Source of the DNA: a plasmid
Sequence record: NZ_CP029448.1
Direction: 5' to 3' (one strand)
DNA: 64,000 bases
Shown here piece after piece: positions 21,001 to 30,800 of this stretch (positions are counted from its first letter, which is position 1; the number at the start of each line of letters is the position of its first letter). Both the position numbers and the translations under genes were made by a program. A model generated the notes under the pieces. It made no database searches. It saw only the letters and a list, made by a program, of their open reading frames with translations, and was not told the DNA's origin.

Positions 21001-21173
21001 CTGTCGCATTTGTCCCCGCTAGGCTGGGAACACATCAATCTTACAGGCGATTATATCTGGAAAAGCAACCGGATACCGGCTTCCGGTAAGTTTCGTCGGC
21101 TGCGGCCAGCTAAAGTAGGAAGGTCAAAAAACGACCTTAACGTACAATAATTTTCGATATCCAAATTGACCCC
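18024..21173 (+). mobile_element. Unnamed Tn3-family IS-like element (3150 bp) made of a 38/39-bp inverted repeat, tnpA and a second inverted repeat, with no resolvase or passenger genes. It is inserted inside an F-type trbB gene. The flanking 5-mers do not match.
   Basis: Inverted repeats at 18024..18060 and 21135..21173. A single 996-aa Tn3-family transposase. The downstream flank encodes the trbB 3' part. Confidence 0.8.
18163..21150 (+). CDS. tnpA: Tn3-family (DDE) transposase, 996 aa from the ATG at 18163 with a GAGGGA ribosome-binding site. The ORF track starts earlier, at 18070.
   Basis: N-terminus [25 protein letters not shown] is typical of the Tn3 family. Full-length similarity to the Tn21-type TnpA at 51269..54235. 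The stop codon lies inside the right inverted repeat. Confidence 0.9.
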   Translation: MARRQILSLSERESLLALPDDELTLTRMAYFSEHDLALISAHRKPASRFGFAVLLCYLKNVGFAPDKKIPPSDALLKHIASRLKLTGDLWPAYLSGRDTTRREHLTELYRYLGVKAFTGKIQQDGITHLLSMATRTDKGILLAEELLVWLRQNNVIIPAIDVVERTCAEAMAGGDKIVFQTLNAPLTPAHRDALDRLLESSDNQPSRLTWLLQPPGKINGKNVLQHLDRLSSIESLALPEGIDRTIHQNRLLKLAREGRKMSSRDLTRFSAARRHAILVCVLEEARATLTDEVIELHERMLNSLFNKAKRTQAERLQQTGKLIQSKLRQYIDVGQALSDARDSGGDPWLAIENILPWPEFVASLEETRHLARKNNFDPLHIITEKYSTLRKYAPRMLSALQLVATPAAQPLADALVVIKDMYRKQSRKVPATAPLEFVPESWRKVVITPAGIDRQYYEFCALSELKGALRSGDIWVKGSRRYKNFDDYLIPEKDFDKLTPALPLPVSADYHEYIASRMTLLQSRLEEVNAMAALGELPDVEISDKGVKVSPLDNCVPAQVSPLAELVYSMLPRPKITEILDEVNCWTTFTRHFSHIKNDITRPDTRQLLTTILADGINLGLTKMAEACPGSTKSSLEDIQAWYTRDETYSAALAELVNAQGKRPLAAFWGDGTTSSSDGQNFRTGSSGRYAGQVNPKYGQEPGRQFYTHISDQYSPFYTCIISRVRDSTHVLDGLLYHESDLEIREHYTDTAGFTDHVFALMHLLGFAFCPRIRDLHDKKLFIKGKADQYPALQSLISTTSLNLKEIEIHWREVLRLATSIKQGTVTASLMLKKLASYPKQNGLAKALREIGRIERTLFMLDWFRDPALRRRVQAGLNKGEARNALARAVFLHRLGEIRDRKPENQSYRASGLTLLTAAISLWNTIYMERAVDTLKRKGMKINERLLSHLSPLGWEHINLTGDYIWKSNRIPASGKFRRLRPAKVGRSKNDLNVQ

Positions 21174-21473
21174 ATGCAGGGACACTGTCCCTACTGTCAT
21201 AAATTTGACCCGGTGCTGAAGCAGCTGGCCGGACAGTATGGCTTCTCCGTGTTCTCTTACACCATTGACGGACAGGGTGATGACGCGTTTCCGGAAGCGC
21301 TGCCGGCGCCTCCTGACGTGATGCAGACCTTTTTCCCCAATATCCCGGTGGCCACACCGACTACGTTTCTGGTGAACGTAAACACGCTGGCAGCGTACCC
21401 GATCCTGCAGGGCGCCACGGATGCACAGGGCTTTATGGCCAGAGTGGATACGGTATTTCAGATGATGCACTGA
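21174..21473 (+). pseudogene. trbB: 3' portion of F-type trbB (a periplasmic thioredoxin-like CPYC disulfide isomerase), severed by the Tn3-family element.
   Basis: MQGHCPYCHKFDPVLKQLAGQYGFSVFSYTIDGQGDDAFPEALPAPPDVMQTFFPNIPVATPTTFLVNVNTL matches the F TrbB central and C-terminal region. The N-terminal half is absent. Confidence 0.7.
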
Positions 21474-21584
21474 GTCTCTGTTATATCCGGTCTTAGCAAG
21501 TGATTAAGGAAAATAGCCATGAACAAATAGGTAATGCTGCCAACTTGCTGATTTAGTGTATAATGGTGTTTTTGAGGTGCTCCA

Positions 21585-21860
21585 GTGGCTTCTGTTTCTA
21601 TCAGCTGTCCCTCCTGTTCAGCTACTGACGGGGTGGTGCGTAACGGCAAAAGCACTGCCGGACATCAGCGCTATCTCTGCTCTCACTGCCGTAAAACATG
21701 GCAACTGCAGTTCACTTACACCGCTTCTCAACCCGGTACGCACCAGAAAATCATTGATATGGCCATGAATGGTGTTGGATGCCGGGCAACCGCCCGCATT
21801 ATGGGCGTTGGCCTCAACACGATTTTACGTCACTTAAAAAACTCAGGCCGCAGTCGGTAA
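21585..21860 (+). CDS. insA: IS1 InsA.
   Basis: [43 protein letters not shown]... is canonical InsA. Confidence 0.9.
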
Positions 21861-22282
21861 CCTCGCGCATACAGCCGGGCAGTGATGTGATTGTCTGCGC
21901 TGAAATGGACGAACAGTGGGGCTACGTCGGTGCTAAATCACGTCAGCGCTGGCTGTTTTACGCGTATGACAGGATACGCAGGGTGGTGGTAGCCCACGTC
22001 TTCGGTGAACGCACTCTGGCCACACTGGAGCGTCTTCTGAGCCTGCTGTCGGCCTTTGAGGTCGTGGTATGGATGACGGATGGCTGACCGCTGTATGAAT
22101 CCCGCCTGAAGGGAAAGCTGCACGTTATCAGCAAGCGTTACACTCAGCGCATTGAGCGACATAACCTGAATCTGAGACAACATCTGGCAAGGCTGGGACG
22201 GAAGTCCCTGTCGTTCTCCAAATCGGTGGAGCTGCATGACAAAGTCATCGGGCACTATCTGAACATAAAACACTATCAGTAA
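21779..22282 (+). pseudogene. insB: IS1 insB interrupted by an in-frame TGA at 22085..22087 (WMTDG* where IS1 has [10 protein letters not shown]). The downstream part remains in frame to 22282.
   Basis: Compared with the intact insB at 10194..10697: GATGGCTGGCCGCTG there versus GATGGCTGACCGCTG here. Confidence 0.8.
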
Positions 22283-22585
22283 ATTGGAGTCATTACCGAT
22301 CATGTCAGCTTCACACACCAGAACGGGTGATATATGGATCATCATTACCCCAACGGCAGTTTTACACCATGGCTAATATGGATGCTGTCTTACTAAGATA
22401 ATTGGTTTTTAGCGAGTGACGAGCCAGGTTGTGTCAGTCTGTCTCATGTCGATATTACGGGGATGATGCAAACCTGAATGCTGCGATATTGGCGTGTCAG
22501 GGGAGGCATCTTACGGTATCATTTACCGCAATTTTTAAGATGCAATGCCCTTCATCGCAGGCTTTTCTTCAGACCAGGATGATTC

Positions 22586-24109
22586 ATGAACGACAAAATC
22601 AGTCAGGACACGATCAACAAAGCCCTGTGGGCCGCGTGTGATACGTTCCGTGGCACCATCAGTGCTGATACCTATAAAGACTTTATCCTTACCATGCTGT
22701 TCCTTAAGTACATTTCGGATGTCTGGCAGGATCATTACGATGAATATAAAAAACAGTATGGTGATGCACCAGAACTCATTGAAGCCATGATGGCCAACGA
22801 GCGTTTTGTACTGCCAAAAAGTGCCAGCTTTTATGCGCTGTACGAACGCCGCCATGAGCCGGGTAACGGTGAGCGTATCGATCAGGCTCTGCATGCGATT
22901 GAAGAAGCTAATGGCACCAAACTGAAAGACGCCGGGAAAAGCGTGTTCCAGGATATTTCGTTTAACACCGATCGCCTAGGTGAAGAAAAACAGAAGAACA
23001 CCATCCTGCGTCAGCTGCTGGAAGACTTTGCCGGTCAAGATCTTAACCTGAAGCCGAGCCGTGTCGGTACGCTGGACGTTATCGGTAATGCCTACGAATA
23101 TCTGATCAAAAACTTTGCTGCCAGCGGTGGGCAGAAAGCCGGGGAGTTCTATACCCCGCCGGAAGTTTCGGACCTGATTGCAGAACTGCTCGATCCGCAA
23201 CCGGGTGATACCATCTGCGATCCAGCCTGTGGTTCCGGTTCATTATTGATGAAGTGTGGGCGTAAAATTGTCTCCGGGCATGATAGTCGTAACTATGCAT
23301 TGTTCGGTCAGGAAGCGATCGGTTCTACGTGGTCGCTGGCGAAAATGAATATGTTCCTGCACGGGGAAGACAACCATAAAATCGAGTGGGGCGATACCAT
23401 TCGCAACCCGAAGCTGCTCGATAAAAATGGCGACCTGATGCTGTTTGATATCGTGACCGCTAACCCACCGTTCAGCCTCGATAAGTGGGGCCATGACGAG
23501 GCCGAGAACGATAAGTTTGGCCGTTTTCGTCGCGGTGTACCGCCGAAGACTAAAGGAGATTACGCTTTTATCTCGCATATGATCGAAACCCTGAAACCGG
23601 GAACTGGCCGTATGGGCGTAGTTGTGCCACACGGTGTGCTTTTCCGTGGCTCCAGCGAAGGTAAAATTCGCCAGAAACTGATCGACGAAAATTTGCTGGA
23701 TGCGGTAATTGGTCTGCCGGAAAAACTGTTCTACGGTACGGGGATTCCGGCTGCGATTCTGATTTTCAAAAAGCAGAAAGTTGATGACAAGGTGCTGTTT
23801 ATCGATGCCAGCCGTGAATTCAAGGCAGGTAAAAACCAGAACCAGCTTAGCGAAGAAAACATTAAGAAAATCGTCAAGACCTACCGTGATGGCGATAACG
23901 TCGAGAAATATGCCTACCTTGCCAGCCTGAAAGAGATTCAGGACAACGACTATAACCTCAATATCCCGCGCTATGTCGATACCTTTGAAGAAGAGGAAGA
24001 GATCGATTTGCTGGCGGTACGTGCTGAGCGTGAGCAACTGAAAGCGGAATTGGCGAAGCTGGAAACGGAGATGGCTGGATATTTGAAGGAGTTGGGTTAT
24101 GATTCCTAA
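22586..24109 (+). CDS. hsdM: Type I restriction-modification system methyltransferase subunit (N6-adenine).
   Basis: AdoMet-binding segment (ICDPACGSGSLL) and the NPPF catalytic motif (TANPPFSL). 507 aa. Confidence 0.9.
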   Translation: MNDKISQDTINKALWAACDTFRGTISADTYKDFILTMLFLKYISDVWQDHYDEYKKQYGDAPELIEAMMANERFVLPKSASFYALYERRHEPGNGERIDQALHAIEEANGTKLKDAGKSVFQDISFNTDRLGEEKQKNTILRQLLEDFAGQDLNLKPSRVGTLDVIGNAYEYLIKNFAASGGQKAGEFYTPPEVSDLIAELLDPQPGDTICDPACGSGSLLMKCGRKIVSGHDSRNYALFGQEAIGSTWSLAKMNMFLHGEDNHKIEWGDTIRNPKLLDKNGDLMLFDIVTANPPFSLDKWGHDEAENDKFGRFRRGVPPKTKGDYAFISHMIETLKPGTGRMGVVVPHGVLFRGSSEGKIRQKLIDENLLDAVIGLPEKLFYGTGIPAAILIFKKQKVDDKVLFIDASREFKAGKNQNQLSEENIKKIVKTYRDGDNVEKYAYLASLKEIQDNDYNLNIPRYVDTFEEEEEIDLLAVRAEREQLKAELAKLETEMAGYLKELGYDS

Positions 24110-25325
24110 GGGGTGGTCATCTCAGAAACTCTCATCGGTTGCGTCGATAATCGATTGCAAACACAGGACTCCTGAGTACGTTAAATCGGGAATACCACTT
24201 GTCTCACCGGGGACGATAAAATGGGGAGCCTTAGATCTGATTTCACCTGTAAAAAGAGTTACAGAAGAAGAATATCGCTCTCTGATGGATCACTGTGTTG
24301 TTGAACAAGGTGATTTGGTTATGAGTCGTAACCAGTCTGTCGGTGTTGTTAGCTATGTGGATTCCAAAAAGCCATTTGTATTAGGGCAAGACACTGTCTT
24401 AATTAAAGCAATCCATGCAGATTGGCGGTTTATTTACTACACATTACAATCAGATTTAGTCCAGCGACAGATAGCAAAAAGTGCAGGTGGTTCTACCTTT
24501 TCTAGAATTAACCTTTCTGATATTAGAGCGTTAAACATAAAAACTCCTGCTATTTGTGAACAAGATAAAATATCTCAAATTCTGACCGCCTGGGATAAGG
24601 CAATTTCGGTGACGGAAAGCCTTCTCGCCAACAGTCAACAGCAGAAAAAAGCCCTGATGCAGCAATTGCTTACCGGGAATAAACGGTTGCTGGATGAGAA
24701 TGGGGTGAGGTTTAGTGGGGAGTGGAAAATTACTAAACTAATACAAATGGGCAAAGTTGTATCCGGTGGAACACCTGATACAAACATGGCCATGTATTGG
24801 GAAGGCGATATTCTATGGCTTACCCCAACTGATGTTACTGCATTAACGGGTAGGTTCGTTAGCAATACTAGTAGAAAAATTACTCCTGCGGGATTACTAA
24901 ATAGCTCAGCTGTTCTTTTGCCAAAAGGTAGTTTGATGGTATGTACAAGAGCTACCATTGGTGCTTTAGCAATTTCGACATCGGAAATTTGTACCAATCA
25001 AGGTTTTAAAAACATCATTCCGAATGAAGGGTTTAATATCGAATTTATTTATTATTTGTTGCAAATGAACACAAATGAGATGATCAAAAAATCATCTGGC
25101 TCAACATTTTTAGAACTTTCCAAGAAAGATTTTGAAACTTTAAGCTTTTCTTGCCCATTTATTAAAGAGCAACAAAAAATCGCCGCCGTGCTGTCCGCTG
25201 CTGACACCGAAATCTCCACACTTGAGAAAAAACTCGCCTGCCTGAAAGACGAGAAGAAAGCCTTGATGCAGCAACTGCTGACCGGGAAACGTCGGGTGAA
25301 AGTGGATGAGGCGGTTGCCGTATGA
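24099..25325 (+). CDS. hsdS: Type I restriction-modification system specificity subunit, with two target-recognition domains and conserved repeats.
   Basis: Duplicated conserved region KKALMQQLLTGNKRL / KKALMQQLLTGKRRV. It overlaps hsdM by 11 nt. Confidence 0.9.
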   Translation: MIPKGWSSQKLSSVASIIDCKHRTPEYVKSGIPLVSPGTIKWGALDLISPVKRVTEEEYRSLMDHCVVEQGDLVMSRNQSVGVVSYVDSKKPFVLGQDTVLIKAIHADWRFIYYTLQSDLVQRQIAKSAGGSTFSRINLSDIRALNIKTPAICEQDKISQILTAWDKAISVTESLLANSQQQKKALMQQLLTGNKRLLDENGVRFSGEWKITKLIQMGKVVSGGTPDTNMAMYWEGDILWLTPTDVTALTGRFVSNTSRKITPAGLLNSSAVLLPKGSLMVCTRATIGALAISTSEICTNQGFKNIIPNEGFNIEFIYYLLQMNTNEMIKKSSGSTFLELSKKDFETLSFSCPFIKEQQKIAAVLSAADTEISTLEKKLACLKDEKKALMQQLLTGKRRVKVDEAVAV

Positions 25326-26005
25326 AACTGACGAAAAGCGGTCCACTGACTGACCGGGAAATCGACTGGCTGGAAGAAATATTAATGAAGTATGGAATGG
25401 ATGATTCTGTACTCTGTTTCTCTGAGCTGGATGGATTGCTGACGGCGATTGTCTCTGGCCCGAATACGATTTCCCCTAATACCTGGCTCAGTGCTATCTG
25501 GGGGCGAGGTGATTACCACCCTCGCTGGACCACTGAAAAAGAGATGACGCGTTTTGTGGGGCTGTGTTTTCAGCATATGAACGATATCGCTGGCTGCCTG
25601 TATGAGGCCCCTGAACAGTTTGAACCGATTTTCAATGGACGTGAGGTGAAGGGGAAGACATATACCATCGTCGAAGAGTGGTGTTTCGGGTATATGAAAG
25701 GCCGGTCTCTGGATGACTGGTCAGCCTTGCCAGAGTCCTTACGTCCCTCGCTGGAGGCGATAGCCCTTCATGGTATTGAAAAGAACTTCCCAGTGGTTGA
25801 GAAAATGTCACCTGTTCAATTTGAACAGAGTATTACTCTCATTCAGCCTGCGGCACTGGCGCTTTACCAGCACTGGTTGTCGGTGAGAATGTCAGAGGCA
25901 TCATCCCGGCCTGTTCCCGTGAAGGGGGCAGAAAAACTGCCCGGTCGTAATGACCCGTGTCAGTGTGGCAGTGGTAAAAAATTTAAAAAGTGCTGCCTGC
26001 ACTGA
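25322..26005 (+). CDS. YecA-like (UPF0149) protein with a C-terminal SEC-C zinc-binding motif, embedded in the restriction-modification operon.
   Basis: Collinear similarity to E. coli YecA (GPLTDREIDWLEEIL..., TRFVGLCFQHM, EPIFNGREV, TIVEEWCFGYM, ALHGIEKNF) and PGRNDPCQCGSGKKFKKCCLH at the C-terminus. Its start overlaps the hsdS stop (ATGA). Confidence 0.8.
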   Translation: MKLTKSGPLTDREIDWLEEILMKYGMDDSVLCFSELDGLLTAIVSGPNTISPNTWLSAIWGRGDYHPRWTTEKEMTRFVGLCFQHMNDIAGCLYEAPEQFEPIFNGREVKGKTYTIVEEWCFGYMKGRSLDDWSALPESLRPSLEAIALHGIEKNFPVVEKMSPVQFEQSITLIQPAALALYQHWLSVRMSEASSRPVPVKGAEKLPGRNDPCQCGSGKKFKKCCLH

Positions 26006-26027
26006 CAAAGCGGAAGGGGGCTTGCTC

Positions 26028-27812
26028 ATGGCAGTGAACAATCTGGATCGTTCCCGGTGGTACATGGGAAATGTTCTCTGGTTCGGAGGCTACAACAGCA
26101 AAACGGATCGGGAGAATAACTTTGGCTTTCTCTTATCAGAGAATGGTAATGAGCTGTTTTTTCATAAGAATGAGATAAGCCGGAACTATACACCCGCTGA
26201 CAATGCACCGGTGCTGTTCAGGGAAGGTACAGGTAAAAATGGTAAGCCTACGGCTTTTAATGTTCACATTCTTGATAAAACAGATGAGGAGACGGCTGAG
26301 CTCCTTATTGAATATCTCCGGGCTATTATTGAGGAGGGCGTTGATTTCGCTCGTTGGCGTTATCGTGACTGCGTTATTAATTTCCTCACTCAGTCCTTTG
26401 GCGAAAGGGCTATAATTCGGTTAGTTACCAGTGATATAGCTGCTACAAAAGTCTTACCGCTATTTTTAAAATCACGTAACTACGATAACCAGTTTGCACT
26501 TTTCGCATCTGATAAGAATTTTGATGATTTGACCGCACAACAAATATCTCCTGCGGTCATGCCTTCGTCATTTATCGATAATAACATTGATCAATTCGCT
26601 GTTTGGGTGAAAAGATGTTCTGCGGCTACGGATTGCCAGGGGGCTTCAACATCGGACATCATCAATGAATTACTCAGCCATATATCTATAAGTGCTATTC
26701 TCTACCTGGCTTTTTACGATTGTATAAGTAGCGAGCGGATTCTTGAGCATCGGCATGATGATATAGAGAATTTTGTTCGACATAGTTTCACGAAAAATAA
26801 AATGGATATACAACCATTTGTCCGTGATGCCTATCAGCAGAAATTCTCATCGAGAGAGCAATTTTATAAACATTCCGTGATTAGTCCTTTTATCAATACG
26901 TATTTGATTAAACAGAAGATGTTCAGAAAAGATTTCAGTTTTGTTAATGATATCGAGTCGAATACTGAAATTGCTTCTGATCCTGAATACTTCATTCTGA
27001 GTAAATTGTTACCGTTGCTTGGGCGCAACGATGAACAGTCCGTTCTGAGTATTATTCTGCATGAGATATGGCACGGAGTCTTGTCGGGTAAAATTCCGGT
27101 AAATCATCCTTCTGTTTTCAAATTGTTCCCACAATGTAGTTCATTACAAATTCGTTTCCCAAGTTTAGAATTATCCTGTGAGGCGTTTCACTGGAATGCA
27201 AAACAACCTGACGGAACGATAGAGAAAAAATTCCTTTGTCGTTCGAAAATCTGCCATGATCCGCAGGTATTACCCGACCTCAGTCGGGATTACATCGACT
27301 TCACTATTTATGACTGGCTTGCCCACTATGGCATGACCTATCTGATTGCAGGCGAACCTTCTAAGCGGGATTTCCCAATTAAACTGGCTGGGTATTTCAA
27401 TCGTATCAGAGAATTACATTCCCGCTTGCATTGCCGAAGTTGTGGGGTGCTGATGGTTCCAGATATGAAATATGCTCGTGTGGAAGTCAGCGTCTGGGAT
27501 ACAAAGTCGAAAGGATTTGTGAAAAAACCTTTCCAGGCCGCGTATCGCCTGACCGTCTTTAAATGTGCCAGTCATTCGTGCGAACAGTTTGGTATCGGGC
27601 ATTACATTAATCACTGTATTGGTTACAAATGCAGCGAAATAATTGACGCCAGGGATTTGCATGAAAAATGTTCAGAAGGACGATTTATTTGTGCATCCTG
27701 TGGTTCCTGCTGTACGACGCATCAGGAGAAATTTGGTAATGTAAACAAGGGCGAAACAGAACAGGTCAAGTACAATCGCCTTTATCGGGACTCGCCGTTC
27801 TTTTCATCATAA
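26028..27812 (+). CDS. Protein of 594 aa with an N-terminal cold-shock domain (CSD) and a Cys/His-rich C-terminal region (putative zinc ribbons). Function unknown; it is embedded between hsdS and hsdR.
   Basis: The CSD signature YMGNVLWFGGYN...NFGFLLSENGNELFFHKNEI...GKPTAFNV. The C-terminal cluster HCRSCG, CASHSCEQ, HCIGYKC and CASCGSCC. ATG at 26028, 23 nt after the preceding stop. Confidence 0.6.
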   Translation: MAVNNLDRSRWYMGNVLWFGGYNSKTDRENNFGFLLSENGNELFFHKNEISRNYTPADNAPVLFREGTGKNGKPTAFNVHILDKTDEETAELLIEYLRAIIEEGVDFARWRYRDCVINFLTQSFGERAIIRLVTSDIAATKVLPLFLKSRNYDNQFALFASDKNFDDLTAQQISPAVMPSSFIDNNIDQFAVWVKRCSAATDCQGASTSDIINELLSHISISAILYLAFYDCISSERILEHRHDDIENFVRHSFTKNKMDIQPFVRDAYQQKFSSREQFYKHSVISPFINTYLIKQKMFRKDFSFVNDIESNTEIASDPEYFILSKLLPLLGRNDEQSVLSIILHEIWHGVLSGKIPVNHPSVFKLFPQCSSLQIRFPSLELSCEAFHWNAKQPDGTIEKKFLCRSKICHDPQVLPDLSRDYIDFTIYDWLAHYGMTYLIAGEPSKRDFPIKLAGYFNRIRELHSRLHCRSCGVLMVPDMKYARVEVSVWDTKSKGFVKKPFQAAYRLTVFKCASHSCEQFGIGHYINHCIGYKCSEIIDARDLHEKCSEGRFICASCGSCCTTHQEKFGNVNKGETEQVKYNRLYRDSPFFSS

Positions 27813-27881
27813 GTCTTCGTTCATTTTGAGTATGTCCGTAAGGACATACAGTTTCACCTCTTAGCCAAGAAGGATTACCGG

Positions 27882-30800
27882 GTGGATAAGCACTACCAAC
27901 CTAAATTCCAGGAAGAATACAGCGCCAAAATTCCGGCACTGACGTTACTGACCAGCCTCGGCTGGACGTTTTTATCTCCGAAACAGATTATGGATTACCG
28001 GGGCTATAAACAGGATGAGGTGGTGCTGCGTCCGGTTCTGCGTGAAGAGCTGTCGAAGCGTTCCTTTATGGCGGGTGGCAAAACCTGCCAGTTATCGGAA
28101 AAAGCACTGGCTAACCTGATATCACAGGTCTGTTCTCCGGCGCTGAATGAAGGGCTGCTCAAAGCCAATGAACGGATGTATAACCATCTGCTCTACGGTA
28201 TCGCCGTCACGGAGTTTGTCGATGGCAAGAAGGTCAACCCCACCATTGCGCTGATCGACTGGGAACATCCGGAAAATAACCAGTTCCATTTTACTGAAGA
28301 ATTTACGGTATTGCGGTCAGGTGGTGTTGAAACCCGGAGGCCAGATATTGTCTGCTTTGTTAATGGTATCCCGCTGGCTGTTATTGAAGCGAAAAGCCCG
28401 GCTGGTCATGGCAAGAAAGGGCCAACCATTGACGAGGGGATATCCCAGAGTATCCGCAACCAGTTCAACGATGAAATCCCGCAGCTGTTTGTCTACAGCC
28501 AGTTATTACTTTCGATTAACGGTCATGACGGGCGCTACGGTACCTGCCATACGCCAATGAAATTCTGGGCGGCATGGCGCGAAGAAGATATTACCGATCC
28601 GCAGATGTATGCGCTGCGCAACCATCCTTTATCGACTGAACAAATTCATGCGTTGTTTGATCATCGTCCTTCAGTCGATCTCAAATGGTATCAACAGTTA
28701 ATCGATGGGGGGGAACTGGCAGTCAGCGGGCAGGATAAGCTGCTCATCAGTCTGCTTTCACCGGAACGTCTGCTGGAGATGACCCGCTTCTTCACCCTGT
28801 TTGATAAAAAAACCGGAAAAATTGTTGCCCGCTATCAGCAGGTGTTCGGGATAAAAAGACTGCTGGAACGCATCAGTACCCGCAGACCAGACGGGGGCAG
28901 GGAAGGTGGGGTGATCTGGCATACCACGGGGTCAGGTAAATCTTACACCATGGTATTCCTCAGCAAGGCGCTGATTCTTCATGACAGCCTGAAGCAGTGT
29001 CGTATTGTGGTGGTGACGGACCGCGTGGACCTTGAAGGGCAGCTCAGCGGCACTTTTGTTTCTGGTGGCGAACTGGCAGGGAAGGATGATAAGGCCAAAG
29101 CGATGGCGACCTCAGGTCAGAAGCTGGCACAGCAGATTGGCTCTGGTAAAGAACGTATAATCTTTACCCTTATCCAGAAATTTAACTCAGCGACAAAATT
29201 GCCTGAATGCGTCAACACCAGCCCCGACATCATCGTTCTGATTGATGAAGGACACCGTAGCCAGGGTGGTGAGAACCATGTGCGAATGAAACTGGCACTG
29301 CCGAACGCCGCCTTTGTAGCATTTACTGGTACGCCATTGCTAAAAGAAGATAAGACCACCAATAAATTCGGACCGATTGTCCACGCTTATACCATGCAGC
29401 GAGCGGTAGAAGATAAAGCCGTTACACCTTTGCTGTATGAAGAACGTATTCCCGACCTTGAGGTTAACGATCGGGCAATAGATGCCTGGTTTGATCGTAT
29501 TACCGATGGGTTAAGCGAAGCGCAAAAAGCCGACCTTAAGCGTAAATATGCCCGTAAAGGTGAGGTTTATAGTGCAGATGATCGCATCCGTCTGATCGCA
29601 CTCGATATCGCCACGCACTTCTCGAAGAATATTGATGAGGGACTGAAAGGCCAGCTTGCCTGCGACAGCAAGATTTCCGCCATCAAATATAAAAAGTATC
29701 TTGATGAAGCCGGGTTGTTTGAGTCAGCTGTAGTTATCAGCCCGCCGGATACCCGGGAAGGGAATACTGAGGTGGATGAAAGCAAACTGCCGGAAGTGAC
29801 GAAATGGTGGAAAGATAACGTCGGCACGCAGGATGAGTCTGTGTATACCCGCAATATCATCAGTCGTTTCGATACCGATGAGAAGCTCAAATTGCTGATA
29901 GTCGTTGATAAACTGCTCACCGGGTTTGATGAGCCGAAGAATACCGTGCTGTATATCGACAAGCCGCTTAAGTCCCACAACCTTATCCAGGCGATTGCGC
30001 GGGTGAACCGACTGCATCCACTAAAAAAGTTCGGTCTGCTGATTGATTATCGCGGTATTCTGGCTGAGCTGGACACGACTATCGGCAAATATCAGGACCT
30101 CGCCTCCCGAACTCAGGGCGGATACGATATCAAAGATATTGACGGGCTGTACAGCGCCATGAGCTCTGAATACAAGCGTCTACCGCATCTGTATAACCAG
30201 CTGTGGGCCATATTTGCCGGTGTTAAAAACAAAAATGATACTGAGCAGTTACGTGCGGTACTGGTGCCTAAAATGGAAGAACGTGACGGAGAGATGGTCG
30301 ATATCCATCAGAAAACCCGTGATGATTTCTTCGAGGCGTTAACGGCCTTTGCCGGATGCCTGAAAGTGGCACTGCAGTCCGCCACCTTCTTCACCGACAA
30401 GAGCTTTACGGAACAAGACCGAAACCTCTATAAAGAAACCGTAAAACAGATGTCCAGCCTGCGCCAGTGGGCGATGCAGGTAAGTGGAGAGCAGGTCAAT
30501 TATGACGACTACGCTGAGCAGGTGAAAAAATTGCTGGATAAGCATGTCACCGGCGTTGAGGTTCGTGAACCGGATGGCGTGTATGAAGTCGGTAAAATGG
30601 GCAAGAGCGAAAAACCCGAAGAGTGGGATAACAATAAAACCCGCAATGAAACCGACATCATTAAAACCCGCGTGACGAAGATGATTGAGCAGGAATTGCG
30701 TGATGACCCGTATGCTCAGGAGGCATTTTCAAAACTCCTGCGTATGGCTATCGAAGAGGCTGAAAAACTGTTTGACCATCCGCTGAAACAGTACCTTTTG

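Larger units (their letters stand above)
21530..22297 (+). mobile_element. IS1 (768 bp) with both inverted repeats. insB carries a TGG to TGA nonsense change, and there is no target-site duplication.
   Basis: Inverted repeats GGTAATGCTGCCAACTT (21530) and ...AAATTGGAGTCATTACC (to 22297). The flanks differ. Confidence 0.85.

Noticed and set aside
2923-21173. The repeated 38/39-bp sequences could be mistaken for a CRISPR-like array or iterons
   Set aside because: They are spaced kilobases apart in inverted pairs and carry GGGG…TAAG Tn3-family terminal inverted-repeat architecture adjoining tnpA. No CRISPR repeat-spacer array or cas genes exist anywhere in the window.
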